The notes under the pieces were generated by a model. That model searched no databases. It was not told the DNA's origin and saw only the letters and a program-made list of their open reading frames with translations. The translations under genes were made by a program, and so were the position numbers. A stretch of DNA of 61,908 bases, counting the filler, from Choristocarpus tenellus KU-1152 (taxonomy: Eukaryota; Protista; Phaeophyceae), in NCBI GenBank assembly GCA_964200185.2. It is 10 parts of 10 records of this genome, joined end to end, with 100 filler letters (N's around TTAATTAATTAA, not from the genome) between each part and the next. Parts side by side here need not be neighbours in the genome. Positions count along the whole stretch, not along the records: positions 32,929 to 38,081 come from CAXNAD020011692.1; positions 38,182 to 41,725 come from CAXNAD020019356.1; positions 41,826 to 51,715 come from CAXNAD020003305.1; 7 more parts are not named here. The stretch is one strand, 5' to 3'. Shown here one piece after another: positions 35,711-47,100 of this stretch (its first letter is position 1; each line of letters begins with the position of its first letter).

Positions 35711-38081
35711 CCCAAGGACCACATGCAGCAGAGAGTTGCAGAGAGCAAAGAATGATTAGTAGATTCTTGATACCATCAGTTGCATACCGCTCAAAGTCAC
35801 AAAGGGTATAACCAAATAATACACACCAGAAGCTACCGCAGGAATTGACTCTGACACTACTCACTGCTACTGACTCTCATGCCCTCGTGCATCAAAGCCA
35901 CATTGATCACGCCAAACACATCATGAGTGGGCCTGCCTACTCTCGGAGGGGCCAATACTATTTACGGTCTATCTATGCAACATTATTTTCCAATGATGTA
36001 CAGTAAAAACCGCCCTCTTATGTGTTGATGTACTCTGGGAGATTCCTCATGGTGCAATTTTAGTCTACTCAGAGTGTATGTCAATGAAGGCTTGATTATA
36101 TACCTACCCAATAACATAATACAGATCTTGTCATGGGGGAGAAAGATCATGCTTTGAAGTAGTGTCGCGGCAGCGACATTCACTTGGATCTCACCTCAAC
36201 TTGTCCTCCCAATCTTACTCTCCTTACTTTCAACTGGTCTAGCTTTTAAGATGCACAAGAAGAGTTTCTACCAGTTTGTCATTCAATTTAACTATTTAGA
36301 ACTTAGTATAATATTGCTGTGTGTCCAGCTGACACACTCAATCTATATACGTGTAACACCATCACATAACAACAGAAGCTGTAAGTAGCAAACTTCACAA
36401 GACAAGACACCTGCAGGAAGGGACAAGATAAAATCCCCCTTCTTATCCATGCCACAAAACATTGCCTAACACTCAGGTGGTAGAGCTCTATACAAACTTC
36501 GAAGCACCCCTACAGCTATACGGTTGAAGCATCTACAGCTAACTGCTAAAACTTGTGCTTGGCGAACTAGAACTTGAAGTAAACAATGCACAACCAAAAC
36601 ACACCTGCCTCAAAGGCATGTGCAATAAACACAATACCAGTCCCCAAGTGGAATATGGAGCCCCCCTGCGCTCTGTCAATCTCTTGAAATATCTGTATAA
36701 TGGCCCTAAACCTTTTCATGTTGTGCTATAGGTTCCACGTGTCTTAAGGACTATGAAAGCAACTATTTACGCAAGCACCAGCGAGACCATCAACAAACCT
36801 AATGCCCACTCTAATGATGAAAACGATATCGGTTTCTTAATACATTTCCAAGATGTGATATCAAAGCACAAATGGGGTGCCATACTAAGGACAAGTAGCC
36901 ACACAACAATGCCCACTGCCTGGTGATGGGAGAGATGGGGTCTTTGGCACACCATTCCCAACATCAAGTTAGCGTGTTGACTCGAGGAAGCGGCGGGCAT
37001 GTGGTGACCATTGTTGTGCTAATGAGAATTCTACACCCAGGCTCTGACAGTAACATATATGGGCAAGGGCAAGTGACGAGTATGTGTTCAGCATAGTGAG
37101 GGATTGATGTCAGCTCAGCAGCAAGATAGTACGTGTGTCAAGTGTCAAACATGGGCTGGAAGTAGTTTTGCACCCTCTAAAAAGGAAGGAAGGGGAACAA
37201 GAAAAAATACTATTAGTGTCAGGATAGTACCCAAACGAAATAAAACATAGCACAGTACCAAGCATGGCAGTGAATCTTTTCCTTCATGGTAGTGATGCAC
37301 GGTAACCCTACACCTTGTACACAGAACCCCCCCCCACACACACCCATCACTCATTTAGCATGAGTTTATTGCTTCAACTTGTTAAAATGGCAGCTATGAC
37401 TCAAGTATAGATCACTCCTACAAATACATGGAACAACATCAACTACAAAATGAATTGAGGCAGGCCACATCAATGCAAAAGAGGCCAACGTGTGGGAATC
37501 GCTTCATCCTACCTGTGCCATGCCCCTGAACATGAGTACCGTTCTCAGAACAAAGTATAGATCTTGTGGGTATTCCTGGACTGCATTAAGCTTCAGCACA
37601 TTGTTCTCAGAGAATGGGTTGAAGTCCAGACCCTGGATAAAAACAAAAATGGACACGGGAGGGATATTCACTTAAAACAAGTCAATGGTCCAAGGTCCTG
37701 CACCTTACTCAAACTGAAGTGATGTTTTCTTATGTACATGCAGTACATTAACCACATTGATCGAAAATCATATGCCTTGTGCTAACAAAGGAAAATTCTC
37801 ATGAAAACATTTTTTTAAATAGTATTCACTAGGCATGGAATATCGTACAAAAACCAAAATCTAAACCAGAAGAATTGCATGTATGCCACAATGAGTCAAT
37901 GGGCATCTCTGCCATGCAACCCTCCCTACACCATGAAATATACCCATAGTGCTCTAGTTCCTCATTCCCTGTTTCCTTCTACACACACCCCTTACTCCTC
38001 TTCTTCCCCCCTCCATTCCCATCGCCCCCCAAGTGACCCCAAGTGCCCTTCCATCTAACCCCTTCCGGCATCTAAGTACTT

Positions 38082-38181
38082 NNNNNNNNNNNNNNNNNNN
38101 NNNNNNNNNNNNNNNNNNNNNNNNNTTAATTAATTAANNNNNNNNNNNNNNNNNNNNNNNNNNNNNNNNNNNNNNNNNNNN
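38082..38181. other. Artificial contig spacer
   Basis: 44N-TTAATTAATTAA-44N. Confidence 0.98.
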
Positions 38182-38251
38182 CTTTCCGCGCACCATTTTG
38201 GGAAAAATCCATCCTCCATGAAATGATCCATCCGCCACTATCTTGATCCGC

Positions 38252-39055
38252 TGTTTCCTCCTGGGATACAGGTATAGGTAGATAGGAAACACAGCAAGAC
38301 AATAATGCAACATACATAGTAATGAATTAACAAATTAGTGTTTTCACATTTATGACATTTTTTTCTTTAAGAATTATATTGACATGTGTATAGTTTCCTT
38401 GGTTTCCCCCCTGACATATCTATCTGTAAAATGTCAAAAGCATAATAATGAATATAATATGTGAGTTGTGCATATATTTTCACCGATTTCTCATAGAATA
38501 TACTAATGACCAAGAAGTTTCCAAGTTGCAGTCAATAGATGACATCATTTTTTGGTTCAAACGATGGTGGAGCAGGAAAGGAGTGGTTAAATCCCCTTCT
38601 ACGCCAAATTGTCTTGGTAACAACCCAAGTGGCACTGTCTAGATGTGTATTGCGTTTTAACCTGGAGTCACCAGGGATATGGGCACGGAAGGGTTTATTG
38701 GATTGTTGGGATGCCTCTCTAACTCCTCTCTTCCTTTGGGGTACAGGTACAGGTAGATTAGAGACACAAGAAGACAGTACAATATAGATAGTGAAGTAAA
38801 AAATATAATAATATTTAAAAAAAAAATATTTGTGACATTTTATTTCTTTAGGGCTTATGCTAACATGTGAATAGTTTTCATTGGTTTCCTCTCTGACACA
38901 TCTGTAAAATGTTAAAAATATAATAGTGAGAAATATAATATGTGAGTTGTGTATATATTCTCACCGATTTATCAGATAGTACTAATGACCAAGAAGTTTC
39001 CAAGTTGCAGTCAATATATGACATCATCTTTTGGTTTAAATGATGGTGGAACAAG
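38252..39055. repeat. Direct duplication (~325-bp units at ~38252-38575 and ~38729-39055) upstream of nirB
   Basis: Both units share tactaatgaccaagaagtttccaagttgcagtcaata.atgacatcat.ttttggtt.aa.gatggtgga, aatataat(a)tgtgagttgtg and tacaggta.aggtagat. Confidence 0.85.
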
Positions 39056-39242
39056 AACATTTGCTCACCTTCTCATCCTACTCCACTCTTCAGTTCCACA
39101 CTGTCCTTGAGAACTTATCCAGTAGTGAAATGTCCATCACGACGTAAGGACAACAATACCCATTCACATTGTAACACATTTCTCTGTTCCGCTCGTCATT
39201 CATCCACTCTCAAGCGGCGGACAACCGCACCATATCACCGGT

Positions 39243-41589
39243 ATGGCACCTTGTAGACGGCACGCATGGACTGCGGCTGTCCTGGCGTTGACTCCTCTGG
39301 ATGGGATCTTTGCCTTTGTCCCCTCGATCAAGTCCACGATCAAGCCCTTCAGAATCACGAGGTTTGGAAATTGGAAGTTGTCACTCATTTGCGACAACTG
39401 GGGCTAATGCCAGTCTTACAACCAACAGAGCAATTGATTCAACCTGATGTTTACAGTAGTGGATGCCAATAAACCAAAATGTGCCCCCTCACCATCTAAA
39501 CTTGTTGATTCCTGGCCAACCCGTTCTGTCTTCTACAAACAGGTTCAGTGGTTCACCTGGAGGCCAACGATGGAGCTTCGTTGGAACTAAGACCAGTGGG
39601 ATGCTGCGCCCTAATGCTCGTAAATGTATGCAAGCTTTGATGTCCGTTGATGGAGAGCGGGAAACCGTGGTGGTCATAGGCAATGGGTGAGTTCGTGTCA
39701 GACTCTCATCGTACAATGCTGTTCCTTATTGTAGACTTTCAAAATGTCCAGGTTGATCCAGTTCAGGGTACAGAGTTCATGGTGTCACTGTCGGGCTTTC
39801 ACAATTGCAGCTGATAATGCCCAATGCCAACCCCTCAATATCGTGTGGTACCATATTTTAGCATGGTCGGTCATAAGTTCATCGAAACTCTCAAGGAGCT
39901 GGACACAACCAACAAGTACAAGGTGGTGACGTTCTGTGAAGAGAAACGGGCTGCCTACAACCGAATGCGACTAACAGAGGTAGGGCAGTTTCAAACGTTT
40001 GCGAGGGAGAAAAAGAGGCTTTGCGTATTGTTTGTATTGATATTTTTCTTTGAAATTGAAGTCCATCGATAAGCTTCATCCACCCGCCATACATTTTTAC
40101 TTGTTTTACTTGAATCACGGATCTAGGCCCCAGCTCGCAACCACTCACGCAAATGAATGTTGTACCTGACACTTGATCTCGTCTCTATTGGAACACGAAA
40201 TCAACACCACACCAGTACTTCACCAAAAAGGATGTAGATGACCTCTCCATGTCTGGCAGCTACAACACTAATGGAGATGGGTCCACCGAATGGTATGACA
40301 CCACAGAGGGTGTTGAGGTTCATGTGGGAGACAAGGCTCTAAAAATTGACCGCGAGGCAAAAGTGGTTCTCTCAGAGAAGGGCAGGGTAAGTGCAAACAA
40401 CATACACACAAGTCATGAGTATCTCTGTAGCGTTGCTTTGTAGGTGATTTTTGCTTAAGTTAGAACATATTGAGTTGGTGCATTTGAACAGTAAGCAGTC
40501 ATTACCGCAAATGTGTTAGTTGCACCATAAGCAATAGAAAAGAGTTACGATTGTGTTTTTATTTAACTGTTGTAGCATTTGATGCTACTACCTCTACATG
40601 TCATAGATATAGAAGCATATGCGGAAACCGAGGCTATCCTGAGGACATTGAGAGCTTCATGTGGTGCAGTGTTGAAGATGGAGAGTGCAATTGATCTGGG
40701 TTGGGAATTTCTGCTCCCACTTGTTACGCTAAAACATTGCCGTCAGTTCGCATGATTTTCTCCCCCAAACCTTGTTCAACCCTCTAATCCTCCTTTGATG
40801 TGTCTAAAACTGTAGGAGGTCAAGTACGATAAGGCTGTGCTTGCCACTGGGTCTTTCCCGTTTGTTCCCCCCACTCCGGGAATAGACAAGAAGGGCGTTT
40901 TTGTGTACCGCACCATTGAGGATCTCGAGGTAAGGCACCAAGTCTTATAATCAACCAAGTACAATGAAGAGATGATTTTTAGTACATGGTACGTAAACTT
41001 GATGGAACACACTTTGATATTGAGTTGATGACAGGTTAATATGCGTATGTCTTGAAAACTTGCTAGCCCTTGCTCTAACTAAGTAATCTGTTTTGTTGTG
41101 CTATCTTTTTAAGAACATGATTGCGTATCAAAAGGAGCATGGTATCACCAAGGCTGCTGTTATTGGAGGTGGTCTCCTAGGTCTCGAAGCAGCCAAGGCA
41201 ATGTATGACCTTGACATGGAGACTCACGTGATTGAGTATGCCCCTATCCTCATGTGTCGCCAGGTAATGAGAAGCTTAGAAGTTATACCACAAGGCTGTG
41301 TCTGCCCTACCTAGCAGGAACAGTTTGTCTGGAAATGTCTTTGGTTCATTTATTGATTCAAAGGGTTCTTGGTTTTTGCAGTTGTAGTTTACACTGTCAG
41401 GTTTATATGCCATTGACCATTCAATTCTTGGTCTACTCTTTATATACCCTACTGCATTCGTGTCACTTGTGAGGTTACCTAACTTTCACCCCCTCTTTAT
41501 TGCAGATTGATGACGCTGGCCATGCAATCCTTGGGGGAATGATCGAGCAACTTGGTCTAAAGATTCACTGCAATGCCCGTGTTTCAGAG
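39243..41589 (+). CDS. nirB: NAD(P)H-dependent nitrite reductase large subunit (NirB), plastid-targeted, 5' part; exons 39243-39361, 39543-39686, 39862-39979, 40216-40386, 40816-40929, 41114-41263, 41506-41589
   Basis: Spliced motifs VVVIGNGMVGHKFIE (FAD), EEKRAAYNRMRLTEYF, YDKAVLATGSFPFVPP, GVFVYRTIEDLE, AAVIGGGLLGLEAAKA (NAD) and LMCRQIDDAG. All introns are GT-AG and phase-consistent. Truncated by the contig break. Confidence 0.95.
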
Positions 41590-41725
41590 GTGCGTCATAC
41601 ATCGCCTAAAGGAATAGAGTCTAGGGTTTAGGCGGACACATTTACATTTAAACATATTGTTAAAACATGTACTCATATTTTTCTATTACACCGAGTGGAA
41701 TTTGGTTCAAAGTATCTTGGGGGGG

Positions 41726-41825
41726 NNNNNNNNNNNNNNNNNNNNNNNNNNNNNNNNNNNNNNNNNNNNTTAATTAATTAANNNNNNNNNNNNNNNNNNN
41801 NNNNNNNNNNNNNNNNNNNNNNNNN
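41726..41825. other. Artificial contig spacer
   Basis: 44N-TTAATTAATTAA-44N. Confidence 0.98.
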
Positions 41826-43626
41826 CATACCCCCTCTCACCAGCCTCTCCCCCCTCCCTTAATCTCAGCCCCAGCGCCCCAAACAAAGAAATCAGTGTAT
41901 CCCTGTTGATGTCAAGATGCATAGGGAGGGAAGACAAGATGAATGAACTTGTCTCACCAGTTGCTCTCAGTAGAGTATTACAGTGAAGAACAGACTTATT
42001 GCTCAACTTAAAAGGATTACAATACCTTTGGAGAACACCTATTACCGCCCACACTGCTTGAACCCTTATTTACCTCAATTGACATGAATCTGTCACACAA
42101 GGCAGCATATCAATTAAGCACAAGGTTCTCCGGTATAGAATAACACCTTGTTCTGGAAGATCCTTCCATTCTGTACAATGGGTAGGGGTGTTTGTTTCCT
42201 CTATTTTAGCATTCCCAAGTCTCGGCCATTTGCTCCTACTGATACTTTGTATGGCATCTACCAACCACCCAGAAGACAAACTCAGGGCAGTATGAGTTAT
42301 AAATGTAGACACAACAAAGGGACAACAGACCTGATCTTTGTGTCAGGTATACCTTCCAGCATCACTAGTTCTCCAGCCAAGATCTGCTCAAGAAGGGCTG
42401 GTACCTCATCCCTTATTCCCTCCATCCCTTCCTGTGTGGCAGATGCTTCTACCACCTGCACTCTCAAACACGGACATTTAACACAAGAAGTACAAACTCA
42501 GTGCAAGGAATTACCTTAGACTTGCAATTGATTGGCGAGGCATGTAAGGGAGAAGGAGAAGGGCAGTGAGGTAGAGTAACAGGAGGCGATCTGGCAATGT
42601 GGGTGAAATAAGTTTCTGCTCATTGATTCAACTATAGACTCTAAACAAATAAAAAATATTCCTTACCAAATTCAGAGCTCTGCTTTGAAATACGGATACA
42701 CCAACACGTGCCCGTTCCATTTTGCCTATTCAATCAAACAATATGCACCGATATTTGACTTGTGAAGGTCTAAACAATATTATTTTGGATAGTCAAGGTA
42801 GACAAACTGGACAGAATGAACACTTCTTAATCCGTACAAGATCTTGCACGTTGACAGACAAAAAAAGCTTTCTCATTGCTATTTCAGGGTTGGGAGAGTG
42901 GTCGGTTGCCCTTTAGTACCGTTTTACTTGACAATGAACCGAATGATCACCAATTTGTAGCTCATGATGATTTCTTGACCTTTTTAACTACCAGAGTAGG
43001 TTCCATTCAGCATACAGTAACTGTATGGTGATTCAACCTGTAAAAGCACATCAAAAAGTCCTGAATTGCAACAAAAAATATGTTGTCCAACCAGAGGGCC
43101 TACAAATATTATGCGTGCCTCTCTCACCTCCTGTGCCTCCTTGAAAGCACGATTCCGATCCAGTGGGGGGGGCATAGCCAAATCGTGCTCATCCATAAGT
43201 TCAGCTACCGCTTTCATCACCCCCACATCATCCTTTCGAGCCCTGAATCCCTGAGGTTTACCTGTCGGATTATCACTTTTGTCTTTTTGAAATTCCTCAA
43301 GTCCTAGGGCCTGCAGGAAGCCTGTCAGCTGGGTACGGAGGGAGATATCTTGAACACCCTCAACGTACACCGTTTCTCCGTCGTCTTCTCTCGCAGGTGA
43401 GCACAAGAGACATTGTGAAAGGTTTGGGTGCTGGGCATTGTTCAGAAAACCGCGTGTGTGCAGGTGATTGATCGCGAATGGCATCAAAAAAGGGTTTAGA
43501 AAGACTGATTTTCGTGGAGAATCGCAACTTACCCAAAGCAGCGAGCAGATCAGCTAGCTCAGAGCTCAACGCTGGCGCTGCAGCTAGCATCTTCACCAGC
43601 AGTTTTGCAGCCACCTTTGGAATCAT
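41826..43626 (-). CDS. Uncharacterised protein, 5' part, with two copies of a helical module resembling the N-terminus of DUF3752/GPALPP1-type (DnaJ-associated) proteins; exons 43626-43533, 43384-43128, 42455-42331, 41902-41826
   Basis: Exons are phase-consistent (1,0,2). Repeat 1 is ELADLLAALDDGETVYVEGVQDISLRTQLTGFLQALGL; repeat 2 is EVPALLEQILAGELVMLEGIPDTKIRDTLISLFGALGL. The family resemblance is from memory only. Confidence 0.7.
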
Positions 43627-44145
43627 TAGGAAGTGAAAAAATTCTTGCGAATAAAGATCTTGATAAAACATGAGAGAGTGGGGAATGGACGCTGCTTCCT
43701 AGAAAACATACATATAGTTGACGCCTGGAAGCCTTTCGATGTTCTCACCCATGCCAACAATACAGTGAGCAACCCATTCATTTATATTTCATATCATGCG
43801 TGACGCAGCCCAACTTCATTAGAAGTTCTGTAATAACCAGGTACATAGAAACACAACCCAAACCCTCTATTGCATCACCATTATACACTCACTTACCCCA
43901 TATCCACTTCCTTCAACCTTCTCCGGCACTTTCATCGACGCCATTGATAGTAGTACTCCAACCTTGTTTTCTTATGTTTTTCTAAAGGTCACATTGAGCG
44001 ATATCGCGTTGAACTAGCGTCATTTTCTGTTGGGTAGAGGTAGAGTTGTAGTAGTAATAGGACTTGTTAGAAAGGACTTTTTATGAAGACCGCCTGGCAA
44101 GGTGGTCATAGTTTGAAGACCACCCACAACACACACCCCTCTAAG
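43627..44145. promoter_or_regulatory. Short divergent intergenic region (candidate bidirectional promoter)
   Basis: 519 bp between inferred ATGs at 43626 (-) and 44146 (+) on the same contig. Confidence 0.5.
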
Positions 44146-47100
44146 ATGGACGCAACAGTCAATGCCGGTGTCGTAGGCGCCACGGCGTTGACTCTTGCAG
44201 CTGGTGGACTGCTTTTTTTGTGGGGCAGGGGAGGTTCAAGCTTGGAAGAGGTAAGCTTTGAACCTTGATTGGGCGCAAGTTCGTTAGGGGTGATGGATGG
44301 AAAGAGATCTTAAGAGGAGGGGAAAAAGCTAGGAGTGACTCGCCACTTTGCCTGCGTGAATAAGCCCAAAATTTGATCTAGATAAAAAATAAGAGGGTGC
44401 CCTTAAATTCTTGCCGTTAGATTAGAGGTTGCCAGGCTGTACCCTGCAAGAAGAGTGCGCATCTCTCAGAACGCAAGGGTAACGGCAAGGTCAAACTTCT
44501 TCCAACTTGTTGCCCGCATAACTTTTATCCCGACTTAGTGCTTCTGATAGAGAAAGCCACCTCCATGATATGAATATTTGGGTCCCGTTTGCATCGCACG
44601 CTCAAATATTTGCCCACAGGTAAGCGGGGACGATGAAGGGGCCCTGCCAACTGTATCCAAAGCACAAGTTGTGGCTTTCTTCGATGCAATTAACTTTCAG
44701 CAACAGGCCATGATGGTGAGTATCATCTAATTGATGGTAAGCATCGCTTAGGTAGGACTGTCCGAGACACCACTATTGTCATGTTACATTTGCCGTTTCA
44801 TCTAATTTCAAGCAGTGGAGATATACTCGAGATCACTGGTGATCTGGTCTTGTTATTGGGACGTCGCTATGCCCTTGGAAAGGTTTTTTTCTCAAATCTG
44901 AAAGAGCTGAAAGCGAAAAAAGCCTCAGATAGGATCTTCGTGGATTAAATGTAATTTTCATTGGAGCTATTTTGAGTTTGTTGAATGTCCCTTCCCACCA
45001 CGTTGCCCTACCTGTCCCCCCTCATGCTTTCAGTTAAACTTTAACCAACAAGTCGAACAATTCAGGGGAAAGGTTCCCGAGGAGCAGTTGTTGCAACTGG
45101 GAGGAAGTCAGTTCGAGGAAAACCTGGCCAAGGTTCAGGGTATGGTGAGCATGATGATGAAATGGTCCAGTAGTATCTTTGAGGGTTGTTGGACTATGCG
45201 GAAAATTGTTCTTATGCCGATTGCTGAACTGCATATGTGTCTAAATGGAACGTGAAAACTAATTAAAGAGAGAAAAAAATTCTTGCTGCTCGGAATGTTG
45301 AGTTTTTGAGGTTTTCGGTGCCAACTACCTCTTCTTTTTGTGGATGCACATGCAACAGCACAACCCTGAATTGCTGGGGTTGCGTGTTATCCATTTTTTT
45401 CTTTGTTTTTGTCGTTTTGTGGGAAATTTTAGTGCTTATTACATCCCCCTGCCCCCACACGGGGTAACCAATATTGCGCACACTATATCCTTTTCGGTCT
45501 TGCAGCCCATTCTGTGCAGTGGTTATTCCCTCCTTGTGTTGAATGTGGTGCAACAAGCAGGAGAATTTTTCAACCCATTGCATGACCTGCCAATTTTTAT
45601 GAGTCTTCGGTCTCACTAGAGCTGATGAAGATATCATAATCCAGTGAGAGCTTACTGGATGATGTCCTACTTACCTACACTTCCACCAAGTTGTTTCAAC
45701 TCCAGTTTCCGATCTCTAAACAAAGGTGGCATTTCCTCAACCCACGGGCATTGCAGACTGCCATGATTAGCCCATGCCATCATGATTATCACTCACAAGG
45801 TCAAGTGTCGACTAAAAAAATGTCGTGTTTTGGACCACTGGGATCATGTTTTGCCATCAAGAACCTTGTGCCAGCTGAGGTCCTGTTCCCCTTGCATTAG
45901 TAGCTTGTGTTTGTTTACATTCCTGGTTTGTAGTGCCTAGCACAAGTGTTACATGGAACTCATCGTTTGCCCTGACCATGTTGTGTTGTGACACAACTAA
46001 TTCTGTTATTTTAGATTTCAAAGAAAATTGGAATAGTGGTTGCCTTTGGCTAGACCAGCTCAGTCCTGAAAGAGACGCAGCTCCAAATTATTTTTCAGTG
46101 ATAAGGCGTTCCACAAAGGCTGTGTGTATTTGTTTCTTCTTGCAAAACGTTACTTACCGTAGAACCATTTAATAAACATAAACTTGTTTGGCTGGGTATT
46201 GTTGAGGTAACATTCAGGTGATTATAGACAGTACAACAATGGGAGAGTGAAATTGGAGAGCTTCAAATCAAAGAGACCTTCTCATTGGTCAGTCCCTAAT
46301 TGTCACAAATGTAGTTACCCAAATATTGAGTTAACCCCTTAGTTTTATCATTTCTAGGTTGCCTATCTTGTTGCACAATCAGTAGTAGCCTGGATTGTTC
46401 CCCTGTTGATACTGGAGCTTACCATTTGTGTAGGCTGTTGATTTCAGCCTCTCGCAGCTTGATTTTTAAGTCCCAACTGTGCTTTAGCACTTAATTGTAT
46501 GCAGTACATGATTAAAACATTGCTATGATGATGCAGGAGTTGGAAAGGGTAGGTGTGGATGAGGAGGACATGGAGGAGGCCAGTAATCATTTCATTGGCA
46601 TGGGTGACCAACAGGTGAGCTTAAGAAATAGAGATCTTGGTTGATTTCCTGTTATGTTGTCCAAATATATAGGTTGCATTACCTATGGGTGCTCTTTTTG
46701 CTTGTCGCTCTCTATCCTCCCAAAACTGCTGGGGTTTTCGAAGCAGAGTCAGTGCAGCAAACCGATTTAGTAACACTGTATGTAGATTGTGCCACAATTT
46801 TCTCTCTGGTGTATCAAACTCTGAACTAGTGCCTTCTTTGTTAACAATGGTTGTCATTTTGTGAGGAGTGTTGCCTTAATTAAAAAAGAAGAATGTTATC
46901 ATTGAAGACAGTGACAGTTATCAAGCGAACTTGTGTGGAGTAGTTTTGTTGTTGGGGAATGACTGTTGCTTGTGTATAAAAGTCACTGATTGAAAATTTT
47001 GTTTATTTTTGTTCGTATGGTAGACTCCATTGTACTGAGAATTGGTAGTTTTCATTTCGCATTCAGAGTTCTGGCCAACACAACTGTGTGTGTGTGTGTG

